From NCBI GenBank assembly GCA_965197285.1, contig OZ240092.1:4869303-4933302 (forward strand): 64,000 bases of DNA. The letters are read 5' to 3'. Each line of letters opens with the position of its first letter. Position 1 is the stretch's first letter. Shown here in pieces: positions 61,665 to 64,000 of the stretch. The stretch comes from Acidobacteriota bacterium. GTDB taxonomy: Bacteria > Acidobacteriota > UBA6911 > RPQK01 > CBDAPI01. The position numbers were made by a program, and so were the translations under genes. The notes under the pieces were generated by a model. The model searched no databases. It was not told the DNA's origin and saw only the letters and a program-made list of their open reading frames with translations.

Positions 61665-62315
61665 CTAGGAAGCCGAGCCCTCATCATCGGGGCCGCCCTC
61701 TGGTTCGGGGGGCGAGCCCGGCGCCGGTGCAGACGGCCGGCTCGGAGGTTCCGGCTGGGGTGGCTGAGGCGGCACAGTCGTCTGATAGGGGCTCATCCGG
61801 GGAGGCGGCTGAACCGATCCGGGTTGGCCTCCCCCTTTGGGTCCGAGTGTGGCCACTCCCAGCATGGCTCCTATCATGGCAAAGATAGAATAGATGACCC
61901 CTCCGAAGAGCAGGGACAATACGATTCCTATCATGCTGAACCCGCCCATCATCATGGTTTCCACAAATTCCACCAGCTCGGGGGGGATCTCGGGCGTGTT
62001 TCGCAATTGCTGCAGCGCCTCCTGGTTGGCAACCCCGCCCAGCAACAGATTGAAGGGAATCGACACTATGGTGTCCACGACGGCTCCAAAGAGTCCGGTC
62101 AGGAGACCCAGAAGGGCAGCGTCTCCGTAAGTGACCCTGGGCAGCTCGGGATGGTAGTTCTTCAGGTAAAGGTAAGAGGCCAGGAACCCGCCTCCGATCA
62201 CCAGGATGCAGCAAGCGCAGTTGAGAAAATTGATTGGCGGAATCGCCGAAAGGACGCCCAGGAAAAGGCCTCCGGCGATCACGGGAACGGTCATGCTGGG
62301 CTTAGCTGGATTCAT
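61665..62315 (-). CDS. Multi-pass membrane protein with NCACC cluster and Pro-rich tail
   Basis: Hydrophobic helices; LSAIPPINFLNCACC; AGGAG RBS. Confidence 0.75.
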   Translation of the reverse strand: MNPAKPSMTVPVIAGGLFLGVLSAIPPINFLNCACCILVIGGGFLASYLYLKNYHPELPRVTYGDAALLGLLTGLFGAVVDTIVSIPFNLLLGGVANQEALQQLRNTPEIPPELVEFVETMMMGGFSMIGIVLSLLFGGVIYSIFAMIGAMLGVATLGPKGGGQPGSVQPPPRMSPYQTTVPPQPPQPEPPSRPSAPAPGSPPEPEGGPDDEGSAS

Positions 62316-62796
62316 GGGATTCTCCTAGGGATCCGGATCCAAAGAACTGTTCGAATCCAATCCACACGAAAAGGGCTACCGGAAAACCGGCGACGAGACC
62401 GGTGACGACCCTGTCAAAGGGGGAGTTTGCCGTCAGAAAGTTTACAAGCAGCAGGGCTGCCGGAATCAGGATCAGGCGCGGCCTGTCCAGCAACCGCTGC
62501 CCCAGCCGCCCGAGCCAGGGCCAGCACAGCGCTCCCAACCAGAACCCCACGTAGATACCCAGGCAGCGGTGGCACACGGCCATCTGAGACCCCTCCCAGT
62601 GAAAGCTTCGTTCTGGAATCTGGTGACACACTCGAGAGAAGAAGTAATAAACTGCCCCCGCTGCGAGGGGATATCTGGCCGCCAGCAGGGGTGGGGACAC
62701 AATCAGCAAAAGCCACGCCGAGGCGAGCGAGAGCAAAATGCGATAGGGGCGTCCCGGCATCGCGGGAATGTTAAAGGATCGGACCTCATGCCGCAA
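62302..62796 (-). CDS. DUF2085-like membrane protein
   Basis: VCHQIPERSF...MAVCHRCLGIYVG; alternative start at 62760. Confidence 0.82.
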   Translation of the reverse strand: MRHEVRSFNIPAMPGRPYRILLSLASAWLLLIVSPPLLAARYPLAAGAVYYFFSRVCHQIPERSFHWEGSQMAVCHRCLGIYVGFWLGALCWPWLGRLGQRLLDRPRLILIPAALLLVNFLTANSPFDRVVTGLVAGFPVALFVWIGFEQFFGSGSLGESHESS

Positions 62797-62797
62797 G

Positions 62798-64000
62798 CTA
62801 CCAGCCGCAGGTTCGACTCTCGTTTTGCCGGTCCAGCCACTGCTTCAAGGGGGAAAAATAATCCAGAATCGCCGAGGCATCCATCTCGCGCTGCCCGCTG
62901 ATCAATTCGAGCGCGTCAGGCCAGGGCCGGCTGGCTCCCATCTCGAGCATCGCCTCGAGCCTGGCGCCCGCTTTCTTGCTGTTATAGATGGAGCAGCCGT
63001 GCAGGGCCCCCTCATACCCCGCCTGCCCGCACAGGACCCGGTGAAACTGGAATTGCAGTATATGGGCCAGAAAGTACCTTTCGTACGTGGTGTTAGCAGG
63101 GATGTGATACTTGGCTCCCGGATCAAAGTCTTCCTCGGTTCGAGATACCGGAGAGCGGACTCCCTGATACTTCTCCACCAGGTCCCACCAAGCCTGATTG
63201 TAGCGATCAGGGGGCGTCTCGCCCGAGAACACCTTCCATCGCCACCGGTCGACGAGAAGTCCGAAGGGGAGAAAAGCTACCTTGTCCAGGGCCAGTCTCA
63301 AGAGCTGTCCGATGTCATCGCGGCCATCCGGTATTTGGTCGATCAGGCCCACCTGCTTCAAGTACTCGGGCGTAATGGAAAGGGCAATCGTATCTCCGAT
63401 CCCCTCGTGGAATCCCCCGTGTGCCCCGTCCTGAAAGAGGAAAGGCTGCTGGTTGTAGGCTCTCTGGTAGATATTGTGCCCCAGTTCGTGATGGACGACG
63501 GCAAAGTCGTGGCCGGTGATATCTATGCACATTTTGATCCTGATGTCGTCCTGGCCGTCCAGGTTCCAGGCGCTGGCGTGGCACATGACCTCCCGATCAG
63601 CCGGCTTCGTGAAGAGGGACCGTTCCCAGAAGGTCTCCGGCAGCGGGTCAAAGCCCAGAGAGACGAAGAACCTCTCGCCGTAGCGAACCATCTCCAGCGC
63701 GTCGACTTCCCTGGCACGTAGAATCGAGGTCAGGTCCACACCCTTGCCGCCGCCCTTGGGACCGGCCAGGTCGTAGATGTTTCCCCACTGCTGGCTCCAC
63801 ATGTTGCCCAGCAGGTGGGCAGGGATGGGCTGATCGAGGGGAACCAGTTGCTCGCCATAGCGCTCATGCAGGCGGGCTCGCACGTAGCAATGGAGAGACT
63901 CGTAGAGCGGGCGCACCTGGTTCCACAGCCGATCCATTTCTTGCGCAAATTCATCCGGGGCCATGTCGTATCGGGATCTCCAGAGGGCGCCAAGGTCCTC
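62798..64000 (-). CDS. M2 family peptidyl-dipeptidase A (ACE-like), 5' end outside the window
   Basis: [38 protein letters not shown]. Confidence 0.95.
   Translation of the reverse strand, partial: EDLGALWRSRYDMAPDEFAQEMDRLWNQVRPLYESLHCYVRARLHERYGEQLVPLDQPIPAHLLGNMWSQQWGNIYDLAGPKGGGKGVDLTSILRAREVDALEMVRYGERFFVSLGFDPLPETFWERSLFTKPADREVMCHASAWNLDGQDDIRIKMCIDITGHDFAVVHHELGHNIYQRAYNQQPFLFQDGAHGGFHEGIGDTIALSITPEYLKQVGLIDQIPDGRDDIGQLLRLALDKVAFLPFGLLVDRWRWKVFSGETPPDRYNQAWWDLVEKYQGVRSPVSRTEEDFDPGAKYHIPANTTYERYFLAHILQFQFHRVLCGQAGYEGALHGCSIYNSKKAGARLEAMLEMGASRPWPDALELISGQREMDASAILDYFSPLKQWLDRQNESRTCGW

Overview
GC-rich bacterial chromosome segment. The gene content (Oar-like TonB-dependent receptor, GWxTD protein, PQQ-like beta-propellers, OmpA-domain protein) suggests Acidobacteriota; this is inference. 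Housekeeping blocks are rpmE2-rpmG, sahR-like regulator-metH, dsbD, divergent pyrRBC/pyrKD plus pyrF, coaD, class I fumarase, a desaturase and several peptidases. Three nested mobile-element stacks have junctions readable base by base. (1) An IS3/IS407-group element (25760-31455) splits the TonB-dependent receptor gene and itself carries an IS21, an IS256 and an IS200-like fragment. (2) An IS110 element (33445-38744) sits in a REP-like palindrome. Its upstream non-coding region has a bridge-RNA-like fold whose loop segments match its own target and donor junctions. Its recombinase gene is split next to the catalytic DDxxD by a group II intron whose splicing would restore the frame, and that intron contains an IS1380. 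(3) An IS1111-type element (about 46937-48446) has a 3' non-coding RNA whose segments match its flanks, and it appears to have inserted into the terminal repeat of an IS5/IS1182-like remnant. Several single-base frameshifts in homopolymers may be assembly errors. No rRNA, tRNA or CRISPR array was recognised. All family assignments are by eye from motifs; no database search was run.
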